Shown: positions 28,335 to 40,312, counted from the first letter of the stretch. The stretch is 64,000 nt of DNA from Agathobacter rectalis (GCA_963638105.1 CAVHPP010000009.1:351-64350), one strand, 5' to 3'. Program-made: numbers and translations. Notes: generated from the letters alone by a model not told the origin.

Positions 28335-30373
28335 GACTGGCAAAGACCGCCGGCTTTTGCTTTGGCGTCAACCGGGCGGTGGAACTGTTGTATGACAAAG
28401 TGGAGGCAGGGGAGCGTGTGTGCACCCTTGGCCCCATTATTCATAATGCCCAGCTGGTGGGTGATCTGGCGAACCGAGGGGTCAAGATTATTGATCGGGT
28501 AGAGGACTGCCCGCCCGGGTATCAGATTGTGGTACGCACCCATGGGGTGGACAAGTGTGTGGTGGAGGAAATGGAGACACGCCATTTGCCCTTTACGGAC
28601 GCTACATGCCCCTTCGTTTTGAAGATTCATCGTATTGTGGGCAGTCAGTCCCCGGACACCACGGTGCTCATTGCCGGAGACGCGGATCACCCGGAAGTGG
28701 TAGGTATTCGATCTTATTGCCCCGGCGCCAGCTATGTGTTTAAAAACGCCGAGGAATTGCAGGAGATCCTAAAAAGTGGAGCAATTTCACCAAGCGACCC
28801 GATGATTTGCGTTTCTCAGACCACATTTAGCCTAAAAGAATGGAAAAAGTCTGAGAAAATTCTTAAAAAGGTATGTACAAATACCAAAATTTATAGTACA
28901 ATATGCAATGCTACTTCTGAAAGACAGGAAGAAGCGGCGGCTCTGTCCAGGGAGTGCGACGCGATGCTTGTGATCGGAGGTCGCCATTCATCAAACACCT
29001 GTAAGCTGCGAGATGTGTGTGCTGCGAACGCGCCTACCTTTCTGATTGAAACGGCGGCGGAGTTGCGCGACCTGCATCTTAGTGCCTATACGGTGGTTGG
29101 TGTTACAGCCGGGGCGTCTACGCCGTCGGCAATCATCAAGGAGGTACTCAAAACCATGTCCGAAGAAATTAAAGAAAAGGAAGTTGAAACAACTTCAGCC
29201 GCTACTGAAGAAGTTGTGGAGACAGCAGATGCGAATCAGGCCGCTGAGGCTGCTGTCAACACATCTGCTGATGGTGAGGCATCCTCATTCGCAGAAATGC
29301 TGGAAGAATCCTTTAGCGAAGATGATAACAGCAAGGTCGTAAAGGGCACTGTTGTAAACATCACACCCACCGAGGTATTCGTTGATGTAACCGGCAGAAA
29401 GCAGACCGGTGTGATCGCACTGGCTGATCTTTCCGCAGAGCCGGTGGATAAAGCAGAGGATGTTGTCAAAATCGGCGATGTACTGGACCTCGTCATCATG
29501 AAAACATCCGATGAAGAGGGCGTTCTGAAGCTTTCCAAGAAGCTGGTGGACGCATTCAAAGGCTGGGACGAAATCGTTGCAGCGCATGAGAACGACGAAG
29601 TGCTGGAAGGCACCGTTGTTGCTATCGTAAAGGGCGGCGTTCTGGTAACCGCCAAGGGCACCCGCGTGTTTGTGCCCGCTTCTCTTACCGGCGTACCCCG
29701 CGGTCAGGAGCTGGATGTGCTCAAGGGCACAACCGTTCGCTTCAAGGTCATTGACCTGAACCCGGCTCGCCGTCGTGCCGTTGGCTCCATTAAGGTGGTA
29801 GCCAATGAGGAGAAGAAAGCTCAGCAGGAAGCTTTGTGGGCTACCCTGTCCGAGGGTCAGAAGTTGACCGGTACCGTGAAGTCCCTGACCAGCTACGGCG
29901 CGTTCGTAGACATCGGCGGCATTGACGGTATGATCCATATCAGCGAGCTGAGCTGGAACCGCATTAAGCACCCCAGCGAGGTTGTTAAGGTTGGCGACAC
30001 CGTAGAGGTGACCATCAAGAAGCTGGATGACGAGAACAAGAAGATCTCTCTTGGCTTCAAGAAGCTGGAGGACAACCCGTGGGAGATCCTGAAGCGCGAT
30101 TATCCTGTGGGCACCGTTGTGGATGCTAAGATCGTTGGCCTGGCTGCCTTTGGTGCCTTTGCCAATGTGATCCCCGGTATTGACGGTCTGATCCATATCA
30201 GCCAGATCAGCTGGGATCGTGTAAAGACCCCCGGCGATGTGCTGAAGGTGGGCGATGAAGTGAAGTGCGAGATCACGGACATTGACTTTGACAAGAAGCG
30301 TGTCAGCCTGTCCATGAAGACTTTGCTGCCCAAGCCGGAAGAGGGCATTCCCGCTCTGTCCGACCAGGACTAA
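28325..30373 (+). CDS. ispH: bifunctional 4-hydroxy-3-methylbut-2-enyl diphosphate reductase (IspH) / ribosomal protein S1 fusion
   Basis: The N-terminal ~280 aa carry IspH motifs (AGFCFGV, ATCPFV, SQTT, TIC.AT..RQ, SSNT). An acidic linker follows, then four S1/OB repeats (G.V..I....VFVD etc.). This fusion is commonly annotated in Clostridia. Confidence 0.9.
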   Translation: MQIRLAKTAGFCFGVNRAVELLYDKVEAGERVCTLGPIIHNAQLVGDLANRGVKIIDRVEDCPPGYQIVVRTHGVDKCVVEEMETRHLPFTDATCPFVLKIHRIVGSQSPDTTVLIAGDADHPEVVGIRSYCPGASYVFKNAEELQEILKSGAISPSDPMICVSQTTFSLKEWKKSEKILKKVCTNTKIYSTICNATSERQEEAAALSRECDAMLVIGGRHSSNTCKLRDVCAANAPTFLIETAAELRDLHLSAYTVVGVTAGASTPSAIIKEVLKTMSEEIKEKEVETTSAATEEVVETADANQAAEAAVNTSADGEASSFAEMLEESFSEDDNSKVVKGTVVNITPTEVFVDVTGRKQTGVIALADLSAEPVDKAEDVVKIGDVLDLVIMKTSDEEGVLKLSKKLVDAFKGWDEIVAAHENDEVLEGTVVAIVKGGVLVTAKGTRVFVPASLTGVPRGQELDVLKGTTVRFKVIDLNPARRRAVGSIKVVANEEKKAQQEALWATLSEGQKLTGTVKSLTSYGAFVDIGGIDGMIHISELSWNRIKHPSEVVKVGDTVEVTIKKLDDENKKISLGFKKLEDNPWEILKRDYPVGTVVDAKIVGLAAFGAFANVIPGIDGLIHISQISWDRVKTPGDVLKVGDEVKCEITDIDFDKKRVSLSMKTLLPKPEEGIPALSDQD

Positions 30374-30387
30374 TTGATTAAAAAAAG

Positions 30388-30418
30388 ATCCCGCTTGCGG
30401 TTGCAGGCGGGATTTTTT
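30388..30418 (+). terminator. rho-independent terminator after ispH/S1
   Basis: Stem ATCCCGCTTGC / GCAGGCGGGAT followed by a T6 run. Confidence 0.8.
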
Positions 30419-30431
30419 GTGCTTGTATTTA

Positions 30432-30461
30432 TAAAAAAGAGCCGCTGATGTCAGCGGCTCT
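30432..30461 (-). terminator. rho-independent terminator of the convergent minus-strand gene
   Basis: Stem AGAGCCGCTGA / TCAGCGGCTCT. On the minus strand it is followed by TTTTTT. Confidence 0.8.
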
Positions 30462-30468
30462 TTTAGGC

Positions 30469-31074
30469 TCAGTCAATGGGTGGGTCCTGTTCCTCGCTAA
30501 ATAGTGTGTTAATTACCGCTTCATAGACGCGCACCGGATTGGCCTGGAATTTCTCTTTAACTGCCTGGGCCTGTGCCTTGGTGGGCATATAGAGCTTGAG
30601 CGCCATAAAGTCCCGGTCAATATCGCTTACATGCAGTGTCACCTGGAAGGCATTGCCGTCCGGCTCAATATCCACTCGATTCTCACGCTGATATGTCTCC
30701 TTGGCCAGCGCCCGTTGGCAACAGGCAATGCTCTTTTCCCGCATGGTCAGCGGCAGGTCGTTCTCAATCAGTTCCACCGCCGCTTTGCACTGGGGCGTAG
30801 CGTACAACCGATCGTCTTTTTCTACGATTTGACCGGCGGCTTTCAGCCGGTCAATGGAGTCGCAAATCTCAAAATAATTGGCAATGCAACCGGCAGTCAG
30901 CGCGTCGGTAATATTCTTAATGCTCAGGGGCTTTTCAATATTGGCAAGAATATAGCACACCATAGCAGAAATAGAGCTTTTTGCGCGCAGGCCGCCGTCC
31001 TCAATGCCTGCCGTAAAGGCGTCGAATTGCAGCCCGGGATTGTAAGCGCCGTCTTTTGGATTTAGATTTTGCAT
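30469..31074 (-). CDS. hypothetical protein, possibly DUF4364 family (winged-helix-like N-terminal region)
   Basis: 201 aa counted from MQNLNPKD, preceded by AGGTGA. The segment ISAMVCYILANIEKPLSIKNITDAL...NYFEI resembles DUF4364. The family call is from memory only. Confidence 0.5.
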   Translation of the reverse strand: MQNLNPKDGAYNPGLQFDAFTAGIEDGGLRAKSSISAMVCYILANIEKPLSIKNITDALTAGCIANYFEICDSIDRLKAAGQIVEKDDRLYATPQCKAAVELIENDLPLTMREKSIACCQRALAKETYQRENRVDIEPDGNAFQVTLHVSDIDRDFMALKLYMPTKAQAQAVKEKFQANPVRVYEAVINTLFSEEQDPPID

Positions 31075-31143
31075 AAAATCACCTGATTTATCCATAGAAA
31101 TAAGGCCATAACTTGGACCGGTGACTATTTTACCACAATCGGC

Positions 31144-31172
31144 TTGAACTTGCAATTCATTTGTGCTATTAT
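31144..31172 (+). promoter_or_regulatory. sigma-A type promoter (TTGAAC-17 nt-TATTAT, with TG upstream of the -10)
   Basis: Hexamers and spacing counted in the sequence. Lies upstream of the DUF1858-trmK-nif3-rqcH-ispDF gene string. Confidence 0.55.
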
Positions 31173-31232
31173 GTCAAAGTAGGTTATACTATATATTGTA
31201 TAACGGATTTAATCGTACCGGAGGACAACAAA

Positions 31233-31433
31233 ATGACGGAAATTACAAAAGATACAGTGATCGGCGATATTTTAGACATTTGCCCGGACGCAGCCCCTTA
31301 CTTTTTGCAGATGGGTATGCACTGCCTGGGTTGCCCCGCCTCTCGGGGTGAGACGGTGGAGCAGGCTTGCGCTGTGCACGGCGTAGATACGGACGATCTG
31401 CTGGAGCAGATCAACGCTCTGATCCAAAAATGA
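31233..31433 (+). CDS. DUF1858 / hybrid-cluster-protein-associated redox disulfide domain protein
   Basis: 66 aa with T.IGDIL...P.....L...GMHCLGCP.S..E...E.A..HG. GGAGGA RBS. ATGA overlap with trmK. Confidence 0.75.
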   Translation: MTEITKDTVIGDILDICPDAAPYFLQMGMHCLGCPASRGETVEQACAVHGVDTDDLLEQINALIQK

Positions 31434-32062
31434 TCCATTTGACCCCGCGATTGCAGGCTGTGGCGGACCTGGTGCCGCCGGATTGCGCGGTGGCGGATAT
31501 TGGCTGCGACCACGGCTATGTGAGCGCCTATTTGGTGCAACAGGGGATTGCGTCCCGCGTGGTGGCTGCCGATGTGCGCCCGGGGCCGCTGGGTGCCTGC
31601 CGCCGATTGGTAGATGAACTGGGCTTGACCTTCCAAATTCAGACCCGCCTTTGCAGTGGACTGACGGATATTGCAGATGCCGAGTGCGATGCGGTAATTT
31701 TGGCAGGTATGGGCGGAGAGCTGATTGCTGAGATTTTGTCCGCCTGTCCGTATATACATAAAAAAACATTGATTTTGCAGCCCATGACCCACCCGGAGGT
31801 CGTGCGGCAATTTTTGTATACAAATGGCTTTGAAATTCGCTGCGCCCGGGTGGTGCAGGAGGGACGGCATCATTATTTGGTGCTGCTGGCTGTACCCGGC
31901 AGTGCGCCGGAGGACTATACCCCGGCGGATTTGTATTTGGGCGGGATCACGGATTTTAGCGACAAGGCTTATTTTGAGCAGCTGATCCGCTACCTGCGCA
32001 ATCGCCAAAAGGGCGGCGCAGATACGGCGGCTGTGATCCGCGCCATTGAGGAAAAATTATGA
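31430..32062 (+). CDS. trmK: tRNA (adenine22-N1)-methyltransferase TrmK
   Basis: L..RL..VA..V.....VADIGCDHGY and AGMGG motifs. Followed by a nif3-like gene, as in the Bacillus yqfN-yqfO pair. Confidence 0.85.
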   Translation: MIHLTPRLQAVADLVPPDCAVADIGCDHGYVSAYLVQQGIASRVVAADVRPGPLGACRRLVDELGLTFQIQTRLCSGLTDIADAECDAVILAGMGGELIAEILSACPYIHKKTLILQPMTHPEVVRQFLYTNGFEIRCARVVQEGRHHYLVLLAVPGSAPEDYTPADLYLGGITDFSDKAYFEQLIRYLRNRQKGGADTAAVIRAIEEKL

Positions 32063-32805
32063 TGACTGTTGCAGATATTAACAACTGGATCAATACCGTT
32101 GCGCCTTATGACACCATGGAGGAGTGGGATAATTCCGGCTTCTTGGTGGGGGATATGCAGGTGCCTGTGCGCCGTTGCGTGTTGTCCCTGGACGCAACCC
32201 TGGCGGTGGTGGACTTTGCCGTGGGTATGGGGGCCGAGTTGATCCTGACCCATCATCCGCTGATCTTCCACGGGCTAAAGCAGGTCTATACCGGCACGCC
32301 GGTCAGCGAACTGGTGCAAAACGGCATTGCGCTCATCAGCGCCCACACCTGTTTTGACAAGGCGCCCGGCGGCATTGGCGACAGTATGGCCGCCCTGCTG
32401 GGACTGACGGACCTGACCCACAGCGACGACGGTTTTTTGACCGTTGGTCGTCTGCCCCAGGCGATGAGTGTGGACGATTTTGCCGCTATGGCCGGTGAAG
32501 TGCTGGAAAGCGACGGCTTGCGCTATACAGACACGGAGGCACTGATTGAGACCGTTGCCGTTTGCGGCGGCGCCGGCGGTGAATTTTGGCGGCAGGCGCA
32601 ACAGCTGGCAGACTGCTATCTTACCGGTGAGGTGCGTTACCATGATCTGCTGGAAGCGGCGGAGGCGCAGTACCCGGTACTGGCTGCCGGTCATTACGAG
32701 ACCGAGTACGCCGCCTTTATGACCTTAAAAGAAAGACTGGAACAGGCGTTCCCGGATGTGGAATTTATTTGTGCACCGCAGAAGAACCCTGTGCTGACGG
32801 TGTAA
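32059..32805 (+). CDS. Nif3-like dinuclear metal centre protein (YqfO family)
   Basis: The THHPLIF and ISAHT..D motifs and the C-terminal GHYETE motif are typical of NIF3. Confidence 0.88.
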   Translation: MMTVADINNWINTVAPYDTMEEWDNSGFLVGDMQVPVRRCVLSLDATLAVVDFAVGMGAELILTHHPLIFHGLKQVYTGTPVSELVQNGIALISAHTCFDKAPGGIGDSMAALLGLTDLTHSDDGFLTVGRLPQAMSVDDFAAMAGEVLESDGLRYTDTEALIETVAVCGGAGGEFWRQAQQLADCYLTGEVRYHDLLEAAEAQYPVLAAGHYETEYAAFMTLKERLEQAFPDVEFICAPQKNPVLTV

Positions 32806-32807
32806 AT

Positions 32808-34481
32808 ATGGCACTGGATGGTATTTTTTTGCACTGCCTGCAACGGGAGATTGCAGACGGTGCGGTGGGGGATCGGGTGGACAAGATCCACCAGCCTACC
32901 AAAGAGGAGATCGTGCTGACCCTGCGGGGTCGCAGCGGCGCCAAAAAGCTGCTGCTCAGCTGTCGTCCGGACAGCGCCCGTGTGCATTTTACAGAGTATG
33001 CGCCGGAGAACCCGGCCAAGCCCCCTATGTTTACCATGCTGCTGCGTAAGCTGCTGCAAGGCGCACGGCTGGACGATGTGACCCAGCCCGGTCTGGAGCG
33101 GGTGCTGGAACTGCACTTTACCGGCACCAATGAGCTGGGAGATCGGGTCACCTACCGACTGGTGATTGAGATTTTAAGTCGCTACGCCAACATTTTGCTG
33201 CTGGATGGCAACGGTAAAATTATAGATTGTATTCGCCGTATGACCGGCGAGACCGGCAACCGGCGGCTGCTGCCCGGGGTGGACTACACTTTACCGCCGC
33301 CCCAGGACAAATTGAATATTCTCACCGAGGATTTAGACACCATTACCCATCGGCTGCAAACCTGCGGCGCTACCGGCGCCAAGGCAGTGCAAAGCACCCT
33401 TTTGGGCGTGTCTCCCATTATCTGCCGGGAGGTGGAGCATGGGCTGACCTTGGAGCAGTTGCGTGCCTTTGCGCTGGCACCGTCGCCCACGGTGGTGCTG
33501 GACGGTGTGCCTAAGGACTTTGCCTTTACGCCGATTCACCAGTATGGTGATTTGCTGGAATGTCGTAGCTTTGACAGTCCCAGTACGCTGCTGGACTTCT
33601 TCTTTTACGAGCGGGTGCGGCTGGCGCGGATCAAGAGCCGCAGCGCCGATCTGTTCCATCACCTGACCACCCTGCAAGAGCGGGCGGTGCGCAAGGCGGA
33701 AAATCGGCGGCAGGAGCTGCTGGACTGCGCGGATAAGGACAAGTACCGCATTTACGGCGACCTGATCACCTCCAACCAATATGCGCTGGAGAAGGGCGCG
33801 CCCTTTTATGATTTAGAGAATTATTATGAGCCGGGCACGGTGGTGCGTATTCCGGCAGACCCGGCGCTGAGCCCCTCGGCTAACGCCCAAAAATATTATA
33901 AAGACTATCGCAAAAAGCAGGTGGCGGAGCAAAAACTCACCGGCTTTATTGCCCAGGCAGAGGCGGAAGCAGCGTATCTGGACAGCGTGCTGGACGCTTT
34001 AAGTCGTTCCTCTACCGACGCGGAAATTTCTGCCATTCGGGCAGAACTGACCGCCGGGGGCTATCTGCGCCACCGGGGCAAGGAAAAGCCCGCCAAGGCG
34101 CTGAAGCCGCTGGAATACCAAACGGCGGACGGCTTTCGCATTTTGGTGGGCCGCAACAATGTGATGAACGACAAGCTGACCTTAAAGACGGCAGCAGGGG
34201 AGGACTACTGGTTCCATACCCAGGATACCCCCGGCTGTCATGTGGTGCTGGTCACGGCCGGGCGGGCACCGTCGGAGTCGGCGCTCCATGACGCTGCGGT
34301 ACTGGCGGCCTACAACAGCAAGGCGCGCGCGTCCTCCAATGTGCCTGTGGACTATACCCGAGTCAAATTTGTAAAGAAACCTGCCGGTGCCAAGCCCGGT
34401 CGGGTGATCTATACAGATTATAAAACAATTTTTGTGACCCCCACCCGGGAGGAAACAGAGAGGATGAACCAACTTGGCTAA
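32808..34481 (+). CDS. rqcH: ribosome quality control protein RqcH (NFACT/FbpA family)
   Basis: MALDGIFLHCL...I.KIHQP N-terminus, central coiled coil, C-terminal NFACT-R region (WFH....PG.HVV). Confidence 0.88.
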   Translation: MALDGIFLHCLQREIADGAVGDRVDKIHQPTKEEIVLTLRGRSGAKKLLLSCRPDSARVHFTEYAPENPAKPPMFTMLLRKLLQGARLDDVTQPGLERVLELHFTGTNELGDRVTYRLVIEILSRYANILLLDGNGKIIDCIRRMTGETGNRRLLPGVDYTLPPPQDKLNILTEDLDTITHRLQTCGATGAKAVQSTLLGVSPIICREVEHGLTLEQLRAFALAPSPTVVLDGVPKDFAFTPIHQYGDLLECRSFDSPSTLLDFFFYERVRLARIKSRSADLFHHLTTLQERAVRKAENRRQELLDCADKDKYRIYGDLITSNQYALEKGAPFYDLENYYEPGTVVRIPADPALSPSANAQKYYKDYRKKQVAEQKLTGFIAQAEAEAAYLDSVLDALSRSSTDAEISAIRAELTAGGYLRHRGKEKPAKALKPLEYQTADGFRILVGRNNVMNDKLTLKTAAGEDYWFHTQDTPGCHVVLVTAGRAPSESALHDAAVLAAYNSKARASSNVPVDYTRVKFVKKPAGAKPGRVIYTDYKTIFVTPTREETERMNQLG

Positions 34482-35151
34482 TGTGGCTGTGATTGTGGCT
34501 GCCGGTTCCGGCAGCCGTATGCAAAGTGCAAAGAACAAGGTGCTGCTGCCCCTGTACGGCACGCCGGTGATTGCCCGTACGGTGGCCGCTTTTGCGGACC
34601 TGCCCCAGGTGGACGAGGTGCTGGTGGTTTGTCGCCCTGCGGATGTGGACGCTATGTCCGCCTTGCTGCCGCAGGAGAAAGTGAGCTTTGTCTTTGGCGG
34701 CAAGACTCGCCAAGAGAGTGTGCAAAATGCAGTAGACACCATTGATGACTGCGACCTGCTGCTGATCCACGATGGTGCCCGACCCCTGGTGACCCGGGAT
34801 GAGATTTTAGACACCTTGCATCGGGCGGAGGAGACCGGCGCGGCGGCCACCGGCGTGTTTGTAAAAGACACCATTAAGGTAATCAATGATGACTATGAGA
34901 TTACGGACACCCCGGATCGCTCCCAACTGATTGCCATTCAAACGCCCCAGATTTTTCGCTTTGATCTGTACAAGCAGGCCATGGAGAAGGCCAAGGCCGA
35001 GGGCGGAGATTTTACCGACGATTGCAAGCTGATGGAGAACCTGGGTGTGCCGGTGTCCGTTGTGATCGGCGAGTATACCAATATGAAGATCACCACCCCG
35101 GAGGATCTGCCCATGGCAGAGGCGATCTTAAAAGCAAGGGAGGCAGAGTAA
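34474..35151 (+). CDS. ispD: 2-C-methyl-D-erythritol 4-phosphate cytidylyltransferase
   Basis: [11 protein letters not shown] motif, IHDGARP. The start is TTG at 34474 or GTG at 34483. Confidence 0.92.
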   Translation: MANVAVIVAAGSGSRMQSAKNKVLLPLYGTPVIARTVAAFADLPQVDEVLVVCRPADVDAMSALLPQEKVSFVFGGKTRQESVQNAVDTIDDCDLLLIHDGARPLVTRDEILDTLHRAEETGAAATGVFVKDTIKVINDDYEITDTPDRSQLIAIQTPQIFRFDLYKQAMEKAKAEGGDFTDDCKLMENLGVPVSVVIGEYTNMKITTPEDLPMAEAILKAREAE

Positions 35152-35624
35152 TGCGTATCGGCCACGGCTACGATGTACATAAACTGGTGGAGGGTCGCCC
35201 ACTGATCTTAGGCGGTGTGACCGTTCCGTTTGAAAAGGGTCTGCTGGGGCACAGCGATGCGGATGTGTTGCTCCACGCCATCTCTGACGCCCTGCTGGGC
35301 GCGGCGGCGCTGGGCGACATTGGCCACCTGTTTCCGGATACAGACGACCGCTGGAAAGGGGCGGACAGCCTAAAGCTGCTTGCGGAAGTGGTGCGGGTAC
35401 TGGCCGACCGGGGTTATCAAATTGAGAATATCGACGCCACCCTTTTGGCCCAGCGGCCGAAATTGGCGCCGTATATAGATGAAATGCGCGGCAACATTGC
35501 CGATGCCTGCCGGGTGGATATAGCGCAGGTCAGCGTAAAGGCGACCACTGAGGAGGGACTGGGCTTTACCGGCACCGGCGCAGGGATGGCAGCCCACGCT
35601 GTGGTGCTGATTGAAAAAGCGTAA
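35151..35624 (+). CDS. ispF: 2-C-methyl-D-erythritol 2,4-cyclodiphosphate synthase
   Basis: [32 protein letters not shown] overlap with ispD. Confidence 0.95.
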   Translation: MRIGHGYDVHKLVEGRPLILGGVTVPFEKGLLGHSDADVLLHAISDALLGAAALGDIGHLFPDTDDRWKGADSLKLLAEVVRVLADRGYQIENIDATLLAQRPKLAPYIDEMRGNIADACRVDIAQVSVKATTEEGLGFTGTGAGMAAHAVVLIEKA

Positions 35625-35654
35625 GTCGCTGCAAAGAGGGGGAGTATGTAAAAG

Positions 35655-36515
35655 ATGATGGAAACAAAGGCGCGGATGCGGGCAGCTGTCTTCGGTATCT
35701 GCGTCAACCTGTGCCTGTTTATGGTGAAGCTGTATGTGGGTATTTCCACCAACAGCATTTCCATTTATGTAGACTCGCTGAATAACGCGCTGGACAGCGT
35801 GGTATGTATCCTCGCGCTGGTGGGATTTTGGCTTTCCGTGCGCACCTCGCCCAAGTACCCGTTCGGGTTAGGTCGGGCGGAGGATTTGACCGGGTTTATC
35901 ACCGCGGTGGTGATCGTGGGCACCGGCTTCGGCTTCGGTTATGTGTCCTTGGAGCGAACCCTGTACCCGGCGCCGGTGTGGTTCTCGGTGCGCTATGCGG
36001 TGATCATTGCGGCAACGGCGGTGGTGAAGCTGCTGCTGGGCGCGTACTATAAGTTTAAGGATCGGCGCCATCCGTCGCCGGTACTGAAAGGGCTGTTTAC
36101 GGACAGCGTGCTGGACTTCTTTATCACTTTGTCCACCCTGATCTCCTTTACCCTGACTCGGGTAGTGGGGGTACCGGTGGACGGCTACTTTGGTATTGCC
36201 ATCAGCGCGGTGTTGCTGATCAGCGGCGCTAAGTCCTGTGTCTCCTCCTTTGCCTGTATTTTGGGCAAGCGAGAGACGGAGGATTGCGACCGTGCCCGGG
36301 CATTGCTGGCGGCACAGCCGGGGGTGACCGGTGTAGCCAATGTGCAGTGCCACCGCTACGGACGGCACTTGGCCTTTACGGCGGATGTAACGACGGATCA
36401 AACTACGGTAGAAGCAGCGGCGCAGTTACAAGAGGGGCTGCGGGCGCTTTTGCAGGCAGAAATGGGTGCGGACTTTACGGCGGCAATCAGCCCCGGCGCA
36501 CCGACCGCCAAATAG
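35655..36515 (+). CDS. cation diffusion facilitator family transporter
   Basis: Six TM segments plus a cytoplasmic C-terminal domain. TM2 motif S..VDSLNNALD resembles the CDF signature. Confidence 0.7.
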   Translation: MMETKARMRAAVFGICVNLCLFMVKLYVGISTNSISIYVDSLNNALDSVVCILALVGFWLSVRTSPKYPFGLGRAEDLTGFITAVVIVGTGFGFGYVSLERTLYPAPVWFSVRYAVIIAATAVVKLLLGAYYKFKDRRHPSPVLKGLFTDSVLDFFITLSTLISFTLTRVVGVPVDGYFGIAISAVLLISGAKSCVSSFACILGKRETEDCDRARALLAAQPGVTGVANVQCHRYGRHLAFTADVTTDQTTVEAAAQLQEGLRALLQAEMGADFTAAISPGAPTAK

Positions 36516-36542
36516 AACAAAACAAAAACGGGGGAGTAACAA

Positions 36543-37889
36543 ATGTCTAACAAGAAAGGGGCTCTTTTAACAGAAGAGCAAAGATTGGAAAAGGTGCTGG
36601 CTAAAAAAAAGCGCAGGAAGATCGCACTGAAAATTTTTATCGGCTTTTTAATCGTCTTGGCGCTGTTTGTGGGGATCACTACCTTGATCTCCGTAATCGG
36701 TATTCAGTCTAACATCAATAAGGCCCACAATTACGGCTCTGCCGGTTGCGCCCAGCTGGAATACAGCGTAGAGGACAACGGCTATGTGAACATAAAGAGC
36801 GACAAGGGACTGAAAGTGATGCAGCTGACGGATGTACATATTGGCGGCGGCTGGATGTCTATTAAAAAGGACGCTATGGCGATCAATACCGTAGCCACAA
36901 TGATCCGGGTAGAAAAGCCGGACTTCGTGGTAGTCACCGGCGACATTTCTTACCCGGTGCCGTTCCAGGCAGGCACTTTCAATAACAAGTCCGGCGCCAA
37001 GATCTTTGCAGAGCTGATGGAGACCCTGGGCGTGTACTGGACTCTGGCTTACGGCAACCATGATACAGAGGCGTACAGCTATTACACGCGCGAGCAACTG
37101 ACGGATTTTTACCGCAGCGAGCAATACAAGCACTGCTTGCTGCAGCCCGGTCCGGAAGATGTGGACGGCGTGGGCAACCAGGTGATCAACATTGTCAACA
37201 GTGACGGCGTGATCACACGCGCTTTGATTACGCTGGACAGTCACTCTTATATTGACGGTGACGTTTTGGGTATTCGTTGGCTGTACGATAATATCCACGA
37301 GAATCAGATCAATTGGTACAAGCATGTGGTGCTGGATCTGGCAAAACGGAACCAAGACGCGGCCAAGGTTCTGCCTGCTGCCAAGCAGAAGTCCTATGCC
37401 CAGCTGGAAAAAGTGGTGCCCACTTCCGTCTTTTTCCACTTCCCTATGGAGGAGTACCGCTTGGCCTGGACCGAGTATGTGGAGAATGATTATAAAGATA
37501 CGGAAAATGTGAAGTACCGTTACGGTTTGCCCGGTGAGAGCGGCAAAGTGGTGTACTGCGGTATCCACCCGGATCAGCTGTTTGAGACGATGCAGGAGTT
37601 GGGCAGCACGGATAGCACCTTCTGCGGCCATGATCATTACAACAACTTTTCCCTGAATTACAAAGGGATTAACCTGACCTACGGCTACTCTATTGACTAC
37701 CTGGCTTATGTGGGTATTTACAAGCAGGGCACCCAGCGCGGCTGCACCATCTTGGATTACGACCAAAACGGCGGTTTGGACTTCCACCAGGAGAATTATT
37801 ATCAGGACAAGTACCAGAACGACGCCCGTGAGTCCGTCACCATGCAGGAGATCACCACCTCCGGCTTGCCGGTGCTGGACGCACGATAA
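36543..37889 (+). CDS. membrane-anchored metallophosphoesterase (calcineurin-like)
   Basis: N-terminal TM segment. Motifs QLTDVHIG, GDISYP, GNHD and later GHDH. Confidence 0.75.
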   Translation: MSNKKGALLTEEQRLEKVLAKKKRRKIALKIFIGFLIVLALFVGITTLISVIGIQSNINKAHNYGSAGCAQLEYSVEDNGYVNIKSDKGLKVMQLTDVHIGGGWMSIKKDAMAINTVATMIRVEKPDFVVVTGDISYPVPFQAGTFNNKSGAKIFAELMETLGVYWTLAYGNHDTEAYSYYTREQLTDFYRSEQYKHCLLQPGPEDVDGVGNQVINIVNSDGVITRALITLDSHSYIDGDVLGIRWLYDNIHENQINWYKHVVLDLAKRNQDAAKVLPAAKQKSYAQLEKVVPTSVFFHFPMEEYRLAWTEYVENDYKDTENVKYRYGLPGESGKVVYCGIHPDQLFETMQELGSTDSTFCGHDHYNNFSLNYKGINLTYGYSIDYLAYVGIYKQGTQRGCTILDYDQNGGLDFHQENYYQDKYQNDARESVTMQEITTSGLPVLDAR

Positions 37890-37900
37890 TGCTTCTTTTG

Positions 37901-37936
37901 CGCACTGTCGGTTTTTGCCGACGGTGCGTATTTTTT
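37901..37936 (+). terminator. rho-independent terminator
   Basis: Stem CGCACTGTCGG / CCGACGGTGCG followed by TATTTTTT. Confidence 0.75.
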
Positions 37937-37998
37937 GTCTCTTTTTGGCGGGCGGATTACGGAAAATCGGATTTTTTATGAAGAATTTTGAAATCCTA

Positions 37999-38026
37999 TT
38001 GACAAATGGAAAAAACTTGCTAAAAT
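37999..38026 (+). promoter_or_regulatory. groESL sigma-A promoter (TTGACA-16 nt-TAAAAT)
   Basis: Consensus -35 hexamer and a good -10 hexamer immediately upstream of the CIRCE element. Confidence 0.75.
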
Positions 38027-38031
38027 AAGTA

Positions 38032-38058
38032 TTAGCACTCGGGAGTAAAGAGTGCTAA
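38032..38058 (+). promoter_or_regulatory. CIRCE operator (HrcA binding site)
   Basis: Perfect TTAGCACTC-N9-GAGTGCTAA inverted repeat between the promoter and groES. Confidence 0.95.
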
Positions 38059-38093
38059 CGCAAAAACAAATACTTTTGACGAGGTGAAAAGTT

Positions 38094-40021
<1,928 letters not shown>

Positions 40022-40148
40022 TGCCGCGCGAGATGATGCGGCACAAGGCTCCAAATCTTTGATTTGGGAGCAAAGGTCCGGTGGACCTTTGCGTAGCCGC
40101 ATGGTCGATGTGTTGCGGAAATAACCGCAAATAAACATAGCAAAATTT

Positions 40149-40179
40149 GGCCGTTGTGCGTATGCACGGCGGCCTTTTT
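40149..40179 (+). terminator. rho-independent terminator closing the groESL transcript
   Basis: Stem GGCCGTTGTGC / GCACGGCGGCC followed by a T5 run. It lies about 125 nt after the groEL stop. Confidence 0.7.
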
Positions 40180-40283
40180 GCGTGATATGGATCGGTTTTG
40201 ACGGAACATAGGTTTATACGCATGGCAGAGCAGTCATCAAAATTGAACACACTGAAATATCTGTACCACTTATCTACAATGTA

Positions 40284-40312
40284 TTGACTTTTTACCTCTT
40301 AGGGGGTACTAT
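40284..40312 (+). promoter_or_regulatory. sigma-A type promoter (TTGACT-17 nt-TACTAT) of the 1429-aa gene
   Basis: Hexamers and spacing counted in the sequence. GGAGGTG RBS at 40360-40366. Confidence 0.6.
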
